In this document: piece by piece, positions 21,394-31,705 of the stretch
Layout: the number at the start of each line of letters is the position of its first letter
Numbering within the stretch: position 1 is the stretch's first letter
NCBI GenBank assembly: GCA_041690055.1
Contig: JBDNFB010000068.1
Span: 8,114 to 72,113 of the forward strand
Source of the DNA: Myxococcota bacterium
Lineage (GTDB): Bacteria; Myxococcota_A; UBA9160; UBA4427
DNA length: 64,000 nt
Direction: 5' to 3'
Position numbers and translations under genes: made by a program
Notes under the pieces: model-generated
Databases searched by the model: none
What the model saw: only the letters and a program-made list of their open reading frames with translations
Told to the model about the DNA's origin: nothing

Positions 21394-22242
21394 ATGCCCA
21401 AGCATTACGAAGCGCTTCAGCGCGCGGAAGAAGAGCGACGTAGAAAGGTGTCCGGCGTAGAATCGTCGGTCTCCGCCGCCGTCTCGTTCGAAGGAGCGGT
21501 TTCGCCTCCTTCGCCGCGCTCGAAAGCTCCCGGATTTTTCAGCCGACTCTTTAGAGATCGGAAGGCTTCGGAACTGGAGGCGCCTAACGAAGCGAATAAG
21601 CGCCGCATTGCTCTGCTTCAGCCCGACTCTTATGTCGCAGAGCAGTACCGAAGCTTGCGCGGTCGCCTCGACTCTTTGGCGGCGACGCGCACGCTCAAGA
21701 CGATCGCGGTCACGAGTGCGAACTCCGGCGAAGGCAAGTCGACTTGCGCTATCAATCTGGCGACCGTGACTGCCATGAGTGTCGGCCGCAACGTCCTGCT
21801 CATCGACTGCGACCTGCGTCGCCCGAAGGTGCATTGGACTCTTGGCCTGCAGCCGCAGGTCGGTCTCGCAGAGGTGCTGCTGAATCAGGCGAGCGTGGAG
21901 GATGCGATCCAGAAGTTGGATGGGCTCAGTCTGGACGTGCTGCCGGTTCGGTCGATCCCTTCGAATCCGTCCGAACTGCTGGCCTCGCCCGAGATGCGCC
22001 GAATGATCGAAGAAGTCGCGGGGCGGTACGACCGCATTATTCTCGATACGCCCGCCTGCCTCGGCCTGCCCGACGCCAAGAGTGTTTCGGAAATTTGTGA
22101 TGGATTGGTCATGGTCGTCCGAGCCGATGTGACGCCTCAGGAAGAAGTTCAGGCTGCGCTCGATATTCTAGACCGCAGGCGCGTAGTGGGCCTGGTCTTG
22201 AATGGTTCCGAGACGACCCGCGAACAATACGGTTACTACTAA
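21394..22242 (+). CDS. Tyrosine autokinase (BY-kinase catalytic domain)
   Basis: Walker A SANSGEGKST, A' LLIDCDLRRP, B IILDTPA. The short C-terminal tail ends QYGYY. Confidence 0.8.
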   Translation: MPKHYEALQRAEEERRRKVSGVESSVSAAVSFEGAVSPPSPRSKAPGFFSRLFRDRKASELEAPNEANKRRIALLQPDSYVAEQYRSLRGRLDSLAATRTLKTIAVTSANSGEGKSTCAINLATVTAMSVGRNVLLIDCDLRRPKVHWTLGLQPQVGLAEVLLNQASVEDAIQKLDGLSLDVLPVRSIPSNPSELLASPEMRRMIEEVAGRYDRIILDTPACLGLPDAKSVSEICDGLVMVVRADVTPQEEVQAALDILDRRRVVGLVLNGSETTREQYGYY

Positions 22243-22318
22243 TTAGTCCCTTACCTTTGGCTAAGCCCGGCTTAGTGGTTTCGACCGCTGCGGGGAATTC
22301 CGCCTGGAGATCCCATCG

Positions 22319-24525
<2,207 letters not shown>

Positions 24526-24567
24526 CCCACTTTTTGCGAAAAAGAGCACGAGGGAAAAGGAAGTCAA

Positions 24568-25887
24568 ATGAATATTGCAGTCATCGGAACCGGTTATGTC
24601 GGGCTCGTCACGGGCGCGTGCTTCTCTGAGTTCGGCGTTCAGGTGACTTGCGTCGATAAGGCCGAGGACAAGATCGATTTGCTGATCCGTGGCGAAATTC
24701 CGATCTACGAGCCCGGTCTCGACGAGCTGGTCGCGCGCAACGTGCGCAGTGGCCGACTTGCCTTCACCACGGATTCTGTGGAGGCGATCGATCAGGCACT
24801 GGTCGTGTTCATCGCGGTCGGTACACCCGCCGCCGCCGATGGCAGCACCGATCTTGCTTTCGTCGAAGCGGTTGCCCGCGAAATCGGGAAGCAGCTCGAT
24901 AGCTACAAAGTCGTTGTCACCAAGAGCACAGTCCCGGTTGGCACCGCAGACAAGGTTCGCGGCTGGATTCAGGAAGAACTCGATGCCCGCGGTGAGGCCG
25001 TGCGCTTCAGCGTTGCTTCCAACCCTGAGTTTCTGCGCGAAGGCGCCGCGATTGGCGATTTCATGCGGCCGGACCGCGTCGTCCTTGGCACCGATCCCAA
25101 TGATGATCAGGCGCTTGCGATCCTGAAGGATCTCTATCGGCCGCTCTACCTGAACGAGACGCCCTTCGTTGAGACAAACGTCCGGACGGCGGAGCTCTCG
25201 AAGTACGCTGCGAACGCCTTTCTCGCGACGAAGATCTCATTTATCAACGAGCTCTCGGTGCTATGCGAAAGCGCTGGGGGAGACGTTCAGCACGTTGCGA
25301 AGGCGATGGGGCTCGATCGCCGAATCGGAAAGAAATTCCTTCATGCCGGCCCCGGCTACGGAGGCTCCTGCTTCCCGAAAGACACGCTCTCGGCCGCGCA
25401 TTTCGCGAGAGAACTCGGCCACGAATTCTCAATCGTCGAAGCGTCGATCCGCGTCAACGATCGCCAGCGCACGCGCATGATCGACAAGATCGTGACCGCC
25501 CTCGACGGCGATGTGGCAGGCAAGACGGTTGCGGTGTTAGGTCTCTCGTTTAAACCCGAAACGGATGATATTCGCGAAGCGCCCGCCCTCGTCATCATTC
25601 GGGGACTCCTCGAGCGCGGCGCAAAAATCCAGGCCTACGATCCTGCCGCGATGGCGGAATCGGGTCGGCAGATTCCCGAGATGTCACTTTCAAAGGACGC
25701 GTATGGCGCGCTCGAGAACGCCGACGTGATGGTCATCGTGACGGAATGGAACGAGTTCCGAATGCTGGACCTCGACCGCGCGAAGGAAGTCATGGCCGAA
25801 TCCCGCATGGTCGACCTTCGGAACATCTACGATCCTGCCAGAATGGCCGCCGCTGGCTTCCGGTATTGGGGCGTCGGTCGCTCCTAA
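24568..25887 (+). CDS. ugd: UDP-glucose 6-dehydrogenase
   Basis: MNIAVIGTGYVGLVTGACF Rossmann fold, NPEFLREG, catalytic Cys block GYGGSCFPKD. Confidence 0.9.
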   Translation: MNIAVIGTGYVGLVTGACFSEFGVQVTCVDKAEDKIDLLIRGEIPIYEPGLDELVARNVRSGRLAFTTDSVEAIDQALVVFIAVGTPAAADGSTDLAFVEAVAREIGKQLDSYKVVVTKSTVPVGTADKVRGWIQEELDARGEAVRFSVASNPEFLREGAAIGDFMRPDRVVLGTDPNDDQALAILKDLYRPLYLNETPFVETNVRTAELSKYAANAFLATKISFINELSVLCESAGGDVQHVAKAMGLDRRIGKKFLHAGPGYGGSCFPKDTLSAAHFARELGHEFSIVEASIRVNDRQRTRMIDKIVTALDGDVAGKTVAVLGLSFKPETDDIREAPALVIIRGLLERGAKIQAYDPAAMAESGRQIPEMSLSKDAYGALENADVMVIVTEWNEFRMLDLDRAKEVMAESRMVDLRNIYDPARMAAAGFRYWGVGRS

Positions 25888-26138
25888 AACGGACACTGTT
25901 TGCGATGCCACTGGGGCTGTTATCGGCTCATCAGTAAGGCCACTCTTTTCAGCTTGACCTCCTCACATGGTCCCCGTCGCCGCCCCCAAAACCGTTTTTT
26001 GGGCCTGCTTGGCCTCGGAGGAAGGCCTCGGATCCCCCGATTGGAAAGCCGTATTTCCGGGTCTCAGATACACCTGAGCCGGAATAAGTCTGGTTTCAGC
26101 GTCTTCCGAACTTTTTTTGCCTCCATTGGACATATCGT

Positions 26139-26154
26139 TGTGACGTTGGTCACT
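26139..26154. promoter_or_regulatory. CRP-type operator candidate TGTGA-N6-TCACT
   Basis: tgtgacgttggtcact matches TGTGA-N6-TCACA at 9 of 10 positions, ~115 nt upstream of the Crp-family gene, whose recognition helix is RETVTR. Confidence 0.4.
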
Positions 26155-26269
26155 AAGTGAGGGTGGGGTTGCGACGTACGATCCAACTCGGATGGCAAAC
26201 TCGCATCGTCAGATCGGAACAACCGCAGGCGCGGAGGTTTCGAATCGGGCGCGCCGCGAGGAGGTTTAG

Positions 26270-26971
26270 ATGAATACGACAGGTACGGTTCGAAAAGATG
26301 TTCTCGATTCGCTTCGTGGGATTCCGCTCTTCACCCGCGTTTCCGATGGTGACCTCGAGGAGCTCGCCTCGCACCTGATTGAACGCCGCTTCCCCAAAAA
26401 TTCGACCGTGGTCGAGGAGGGGCTGCCTGGCGACTACATGTACGTGATTCGCCAAGGTCGCGCGAAGGTCACGAAGGCCTCAGAGGATGGCCGCGAGAAG
26501 ATCATGAACTTCCTCGAAGCGGGCGCATTCTTCGGCGATATGGCGCTGCTTGGGGACGAAACGCGGTCGGCCAGCGTGAAGACCCTCGAAGAGTCGACGC
26601 TTCTCGCGCTGTCGCGACGTGATTTCATCGACCTGCTCCGCCAGAGTCCGGACCTGTCGCTGGCCGTGATCGAAGAGCTGGCGAACCGCCTTCGCGAAAC
26701 CAATGAACAGGCACGCTCGCTTTCGTTCCAGGGTGTAGAAGAACGCACGCGCAACCTTTTCGAGCGCATCGCACGCTCGGAAGAAGGCTTCGTCGACCGC
26801 CGCATCACGCCCGCCCTCACGCATCAGCAGATCGCCGACATGGTCGGGACCTCCCGCGAGACGGTGACCCGCGCGATCAAACAGCTGAAGGAATCCGGCT
26901 GGTTGGCCCAGGAGGGCAAGCGCTATGTGATCCCCGATGGCGACGAAGCGCTGCCGCAAAGCTCCTTCTGA
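26270..26971 (+). CDS. Crp/Fnr family transcriptional regulator (CRP-type recognition helix)
   Basis: cNMP-binding domain (FFGDMALL...RSASV) and C-terminal HTH GTSRETVTRAIKQL. Confidence 0.85.
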   Translation: MNTTGTVRKDVLDSLRGIPLFTRVSDGDLEELASHLIERRFPKNSTVVEEGLPGDYMYVIRQGRAKVTKASEDGREKIMNFLEAGAFFGDMALLGDETRSASVKTLEESTLLALSRRDFIDLLRQSPDLSLAVIEELANRLRETNEQARSLSFQGVEERTRNLFERIARSEEGFVDRRITPALTHQQIADMVGTSRETVTRAIKQLKESGWLAQEGKRYVIPDGDEALPQSSF

Positions 26972-27158
26972 TCACTACGCTCGGTCCGCCGCACTTAGGT
27001 CCGTCGTCGCCAGGGATTCTGCATGCGCGTCGTTCAGTCAGAACGTCCGACGTCCGATGAACACCCTGGAGCGGAACGCTCCGTTTGTGGCGGGGCATCA
27101 AGGGATGGCGCACTCTTTCAGCCCATTCGGATTCCCCTCGGGCTCGCCGTGATCGGCG

Positions 27159-27172
27159 ATCGATTAATCGAT
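27159..27172. promoter_or_regulatory. Perfect 14-bp palindrome ATCGATTAATCGAT just upstream of the prsT-like start
   Basis: Seen directly at 27159-27172, 14 nt before the GTG at 27186. It is AT-rich in a GC-rich context. Confidence 0.3.
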
Positions 27173-27185
27173 TAAAGGACGCACC

Positions 27186-29804
27186 GTGACCTTTCTGGGA
27201 CTGGCTTCTCCATCTGAACCCCGTGGCTCGCATTGGCTCGGCGGAACTTGTTTTCCTGCCGCGTCGAGCACCGCTTTTACGCTGGTCCTCGGGCTTTCGG
27301 CCGTCTTGTTCTTGGGCGCGTGCCAAAGCGATGAGGAGCGGGCACAGGGATTTCTCGATCGGGGCAAGGCCTATATCGAGGATGAGAAGGCCGAAGAGGC
27401 GATCATCGAGTTCAAGAATGTGCTCCAGATCGATCCCGAGAATGCGGAGGCCCATGAGGCTCTCTCGCTCGCCTATCTAGAGGTACAGAAGCCGCGCGAC
27501 GCCTATTGGGAAATGTCGGAGACGGTTCGACTTGATCCTGAGAATGTCGACGCGCGCCTGCGCTACGGGACGATTTCTGCAGCGATCGGCGACCACGAGA
27601 TTTCGCTTGAACAATCCGAGGCTGTGCTTCGACTCGATCCGATGAGTTCTCCCGGATTTCTGCTGCGCGCGCAGTCGCGCGAATCGGTTGGCGATTTGGA
27701 AGGGGCCGAGTCGGACTTCCGTGCTGCGCTGTCGAACGATCCGTCCGGGCCCGCCTACCATTTCCTGCTGAGCGGTTTCCTTGAGCGGCAGCGTCGCCTC
27801 GATGAATCCGAAGAAGTACTTCGCGGTTTGATGGAGGTGGAGGAGAGCTATCTCGCAATGTCGTCGCTGGCGCGAACAGTCATCACGGCGGGTGACCGCG
27901 ACGACGAGGCGGTGCCGCTTCTGAAGCGCGCCGTCGCTCTCGCAAAAGAGGCGCCCGTCGAGTTGCCGAGGCGAGAGCCCGGTAAGAAGGGCGGAAGCAC
28001 CTCGCTGATCCCGAATGTCAAGCGCGGCGATGCCGTCTTGGCCGCCTACCGTTTGTTCTCTGCATTCCACTTCGACCGCGATCGCTTCGATCAGGCGATT
28101 GCGACCCTCGAAGAGGGTGTGGCGTCCGTCGACAGCAAGGCCAAGCTTGAGCTCATCTACCAGATGGCGGCGCTTCACCGTATGAAGGGCAAGAGCGAAG
28201 AGGCTGATGCACTGATCCATCGCGCGACACTCGAGTCGCCGGATAGCGCGACTGCGCAGCTCGTACTTTCGGCTTTTCTGGGACAGCAGGGTGACGCAGA
28301 AGGGGCGCTTAAGGCAGCGCGCGATGCCCTGGCAATCGATCCTGAGAATCAGGCCGCTCAGCTTCGCGAAGCCGAGCTTTTGGTTGATATTGGCTTCCGA
28401 AATGATGACCAGGAAATGATTGGTCGCGGTCGTGAGATCGTAGATGCCGTCATTGCGGAGCAGCCCGAGAGCCCTGAGGCTCATTTTGTTCGCGCGAAAC
28501 TGGAACTCGCGGGAAACGATATTGATGCGGCTCGCGAGTCCCTGGAGACGGTGCTTCAGGCCCGGCCCGATTGGGCCCAGGCGCGTTTCGTGCTGGGCTC
28601 GACGATGGCTGCGAGCGGCGACTTGACTCGTGCTCGCGTGGAGCTGGCTCGCGCCGTCGAAAACGATCCGAATCAGCTCGAAGCGCAGAAGCTGCTCACG
28701 AAAATCCATGCGCAGCTTGGCGAGCATGAGTTCGCGATCGAGCAGGGGCGTAAATATCTTGAGCAGCGACCGGCCGATGGGGAGGTGCGCATCGTTGTGG
28801 GGCAGAGCCTGATTCGCGTCGGCCGCGGCGAGGAAGCGTATAAAGAGGTCGATCAAATCCCGGAAGACCAGCGTGGTGCGCCGGAGTATTTCGCGCTCGG
28901 TCGGCTCGATCTGGCTTTTGGTCGCGAGGAGCTCGGCTCCAAGCGGCTGCGAAAGGCCGCCGAGCTCGCGCCCGGCAATCCGGCCGTCATGCGCGCTTTG
29001 CTCGTGCTCGACCGAGACCAGGATCGCTTGGCTGATTCCGTAGCGCGTGTTGCGAAAGCGCGAGCCGCGGCGCCAGAGTCCTCCGAGATCGCAGAGCTCG
29101 AAGCTGAAGTGAAGCTTCTTTTGAAGGACCTCGATGGGGCTCGCGCGGCGCTTGAGCGTGCTGTCGAATTGGAGCCGCGCAACGTGACGGCCCAGCTCGC
29201 TCTCGCCGACCTAGCACGGCGGAGTCAGGATCCGGCCGAAATGCTGAGTGTTCTTGAGCGCGCAACGAAGGCAGTACCCGAATCTTCGGATCTTCAATAC
29301 CGCCTTGCCTCCGCCTACGAACGAGAGGGACGCCGCCCCGACGCCATTGAGGCCTATGAAAAGTCGATCACGCTGAACCCGGACTTGGCAAAGGCGAAGA
29401 ACAACTTGGCCTATCTGCTTGCCGAGACGGGCGGCGATTTGGACCGAGCACTGGAGCTGGCGCAGCAGGCGAAGGAACAGCTTCCGGACGACGGTAACTC
29501 GGCGGATACGCTGGGCTGGGTGCTCCTCAAGCGCGGCGTGCCCTCGGCGGCGATCGGCTATCTCGAAGAAGCGACCGAACGTTTTCCGGAGGGCGCTTAT
29601 GAAGTACAGGGCATCGTCAGAAATCACCTGGCCGCCGCCTATGAGGCCAACGAAAACTCCGAGAAAGCGACAGCAGCAAGTCGTGAGTCGGTTGATTTCT
29701 TCGAGAAGCTTTCGAAGGTTGCAAAGGAGCGCGGAGTCGATTTTGCTGAGCCGGAATGGGCAGCGGAAGCCCGCCAGCGGATCGAGCGTCTGAGCCAGTC
29801 CTAG
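27186..29804 (+). CDS. prsT: PEP-CTERM-system TPR-repeat lipoprotein (PrsT-like)
   Basis: 872 aa with lipobox AVLFLGAC followed by TPR repeats along the whole length (e.g. AIIEFKNVLQIDPENAEAHEALSLAY). Size and architecture match PrsT, and it lies at the edge of the exosortase locus. Confidence 0.75.
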   Translation: MTFLGLASPSEPRGSHWLGGTCFPAASSTAFTLVLGLSAVLFLGACQSDEERAQGFLDRGKAYIEDEKAEEAIIEFKNVLQIDPENAEAHEALSLAYLEVQKPRDAYWEMSETVRLDPENVDARLRYGTISAAIGDHEISLEQSEAVLRLDPMSSPGFLLRAQSRESVGDLEGAESDFRAALSNDPSGPAYHFLLSGFLERQRRLDESEEVLRGLMEVEESYLAMSSLARTVITAGDRDDEAVPLLKRAVALAKEAPVELPRREPGKKGGSTSLIPNVKRGDAVLAAYRLFSAFHFDRDRFDQAIATLEEGVASVDSKAKLELIYQMAALHRMKGKSEEADALIHRATLESPDSATAQLVLSAFLGQQGDAEGALKAARDALAIDPENQAAQLREAELLVDIGFRNDDQEMIGRGREIVDAVIAEQPESPEAHFVRAKLELAGNDIDAARESLETVLQARPDWAQARFVLGSTMAASGDLTRARVELARAVENDPNQLEAQKLLTKIHAQLGEHEFAIEQGRKYLEQRPADGEVRIVVGQSLIRVGRGEEAYKEVDQIPEDQRGAPEYFALGRLDLAFGREELGSKRLRKAAELAPGNPAVMRALLVLDRDQDRLADSVARVAKARAAAPESSEIAELEAEVKLLLKDLDGARAALERAVELEPRNVTAQLALADLARRSQDPAEMLSVLERATKAVPESSDLQYRLASAYEREGRRPDAIEAYEKSITLNPDLAKAKNNLAYLLAETGGDLDRALELAQQAKEQLPDDGNSADTLGWVLLKRGVPSAAIGYLEEATERFPEGAYEVQGIVRNHLAAAYEANENSEKATAASRESVDFFEKLSKVAKERGVDFAEPEWAAEARQRIERLSQS

Positions 29805-29894
29805 TACCGGCTTATAGGACCGGGCTTATAGAACCCGGCTATGGGACCAGATATAGGACCCGCTGCAGGACCCGGAGTTAGAGAACCGGGAATT
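29802..29894. repeat. Seven degenerate 12-15-bp direct tandem repeats (core AGGACCCGGCTTAT)
   Basis: tagtaccggcttat / aggaccgggcttat / agaacccggctat / gggaccagatat / aggacccgctgc / aggacccggagtt / agagaaccgggaatt, starting at the prsT-like stop codon. Confidence 0.6.
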
Positions 29895-29943
29895 CGGGCG
29901 TGAGAACGATGTTGCTGCCTCGTGATGCGTGACCTACGTCCGG

Positions 29944-29980
29944 AGAAAAGCGCTGCCCCCATGGGGGTGGCGCTTTTCTG
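29944..29980 (+). terminator. Strong rho-independent terminator candidate
   Basis: agaaaagcgctgccccc / gggggtggcgcttttct form a ~17-bp stem (two G-U pairs) with a short loop and a U-rich 3' flank. Confidence 0.65.
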
Positions 29981-30120
29981 TTCAGGGGAGGCGGGTTGTT
30001 TCGGTGTCGGGAGTCAAGAGTTCCCAAGTGCGGGCCGATAAGTTCGCCGGAGGGAAACGTGCATCCGGCTATGAACGGGTGTCCTCCAACCGGCATTGCC
30101 TCCGCAATCCGGGACGGTTC

Positions 30121-31611
30121 ATGGAGGAACACATGAGGCGCAGCCATCTTTTTTCCGCTGTATTGGCGGTTCTTGTCACACCGGCGCTCGCCGTTGCACC
30201 AGCTTTTGCTGCCGCAGATGAGCAGCCTTTCGCAGAGGGGCAACCAAGCGTACAAGGGCAACCAAGCTCAGACGGACCCCCAAATGTAGCAAGTGTAGCA
30301 AGCGTACACGGGCAGCCGGGTTCGGCCGAGGCCGCTCCTGCGGCCACTGCTCAGAACAATGCGACTGAGGATCTGAACTGGGACCAGTTCGAGGATCCCA
30401 ACTTCAACCCCAGCGCATCGGAGCTCACCGACGCGAGCGCCCCGACCGCGGCGTCCGCTTCCGGTGAATCCGGTTTCGCTTCGACCGCCGCGATGGGCAG
30501 CGATGCGATCACCGCGGCGAGTGGCATCGTGCTTGGCCCGGCCGGGATCGACGATGAAGGCCGCAGCGGTCGGCTCCATACGGTCGCCAAGGGCGACACG
30601 CTTTGGTTCCTGTCCGCCGCATACCTGGGCACGCCCTGGGTCTGGCCGTCGGTCTGGATCGACAATGACGATATTGATAATCCCCATCTGATCCTGCCCA
30701 ACGACAAAATCTGGATCACGGCGAACGAAATGCGCGTGGTGTCCGATGCCGAAGCGGAGTCTTTCCTCGCGACGGAACCTGCAGCACCGGTTGCGTCGAC
30801 GGAGTTTGATTCGGAGATGGATGATTTCGCAGCCGCTTTTGATGGCGAGCCGTCGACGCTTGATGCGTTCCCCGTGTCCGTGACGGCGCAGACGACGACG
30901 AGTATCGGGGCCGGACGAGAAGTCACGGTCAGCCGTCGCCACGCGATGGGTTTTGTGAGCGCGGATCGAATGACGGGTGCATCCAGCATCGTTGACAGCC
31001 CTGACGAAAAGACTTGGCTTGTTGAAGGCGACAAGGTCTATCTAGGGATGGGCGAGGGCGACGTCACAGTGGGTGACCAGTTCACGGTCTTCGAGACCGT
31101 GGAAGAGGTTCGCGACGTTGGCTCCAACCGAGTCATTGGGCATCACGTCAACGTGCTGGGTTGGATAGAAGTGCTGGAGCTCACGGGGGATACCTCGGTG
31201 GCTGAGATCCGAATGAGCTACGCGGAAATTGAACGGGGAGCCTTCGTCGTGCCGCGCGAAGTTGCGCCGCGCCGAGTGACGGTCCAGACGACGCCGGATG
31301 CGATTGAGGGCGAGGTTGTGTTCCTTCCATTTTCGCGCACGACGATGGCCGATGGCGGCTACGTCTACCTGAACCGCGGCGAGTTCCATGGCGTCGAGGT
31401 CGGGAGCGAGCTCGAAATCTACGATCGCGGTCAGATTAAGCACGAAGTGTCGCGCGGCGTCGACGTACAGACTCCGTCCCGCGCGGTGGCGACCTTGGTC
31501 GTTGTTTCGGTGGATGCGGATAGCTCGGTGGCCTTTGTTCTGAGCAGCTCGCGGGAGCTTGCTGTCGGTGACACGGTCCGGCCGGCGTTGGGGAAAATGG
31601 CTCAACGTTAG
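30121..31611 (+). CDS. Secreted LysM-domain protein (TsaP-like?)
   Basis: ORF 29929-31611, but the terminator at 29944-29980 argues for an ATG at 30121 or 30133. Signal peptide MRRSHLFSAVLAVLVTPALAVAPAFA; LysM HTVAKGDTLWFLSAAYLGTPWVWPSVWIDNDDIDNPHLILPNDKIWI; C-terminal barrel-like repeats (GDKVYLGMGEGDVTVGDQFTVFE, GEFHGVEVGSELEIYD). Confidence 0.75.
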   Translation: MEEHMRRSHLFSAVLAVLVTPALAVAPAFAAADEQPFAEGQPSVQGQPSSDGPPNVASVASVHGQPGSAEAAPAATAQNNATEDLNWDQFEDPNFNPSASELTDASAPTAASASGESGFASTAAMGSDAITAASGIVLGPAGIDDEGRSGRLHTVAKGDTLWFLSAAYLGTPWVWPSVWIDNDDIDNPHLILPNDKIWITANEMRVVSDAEAESFLATEPAAPVASTEFDSEMDDFAAAFDGEPSTLDAFPVSVTAQTTTSIGAGREVTVSRRHAMGFVSADRMTGASSIVDSPDEKTWLVEGDKVYLGMGEGDVTVGDQFTVFETVEEVRDVGSNRVIGHHVNVLGWIEVLELTGDTSVAEIRMSYAEIERGAFVVPREVAPRRVTVQTTPDAIEGEVVFLPFSRTTMADGGYVYLNRGEFHGVEVGSELEIYDRGQIKHEVSRGVDVQTPSRAVATLVVVSVDADSSVAFVLSSSRELAVGDTVRPALGKMAQR

Positions 31612-31639
31612 TTCTGCCTGGCGACATCGAATGAATAGG

Positions 31640-31680
31640 GAAGGGCCCGCGCCGTTGTAGCGCGGGCCCTTCTTCGTTTC
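31640..31680 (+). terminator. Rho-independent terminator candidate after the LysM gene
   Basis: gaagggcccgcgc (31640-31652) / gcgcgggcccttc (31660-31672) form a perfect 13-bp stem with loop cgttgta, followed by ttcgtttc. Confidence 0.65.
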
Positions 31681-31705
31681 GCCGAGGAACCAAAGTTCAC
31701 AGGGT

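Noticed and set aside
25900-26160. 86-aa ORF in the ugd-crp spacer.
   Set aside because: No RBS, odd composition, and it runs through hairpins and the CRP-like box. More likely non-coding.
27012-27026. AGGGATTCTGCATGC (GG-N10-GC) ~160 nt upstream of the prsT-like gene as a sigma-54 promoter. Also TGGCGCACTCTTTCA at ~27105-27119.
   Set aside because: Only the bare GG/GC dinucleotides (first site) or only the -24 half (second site) match. Such partial matches are frequent in GC-rich sequence, so they are reported here only as sites to include in a PWM scan.
29929-30120. N-terminal 64-68 codons of the ORF-track version of the LysM gene.
   Set aside because: This stretch contains the strong terminator hairpin (29944-29980) of the upstream gene. 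A good signal peptide begins only at the ATG at 30133, so the upstream part is very unlikely to be translated.
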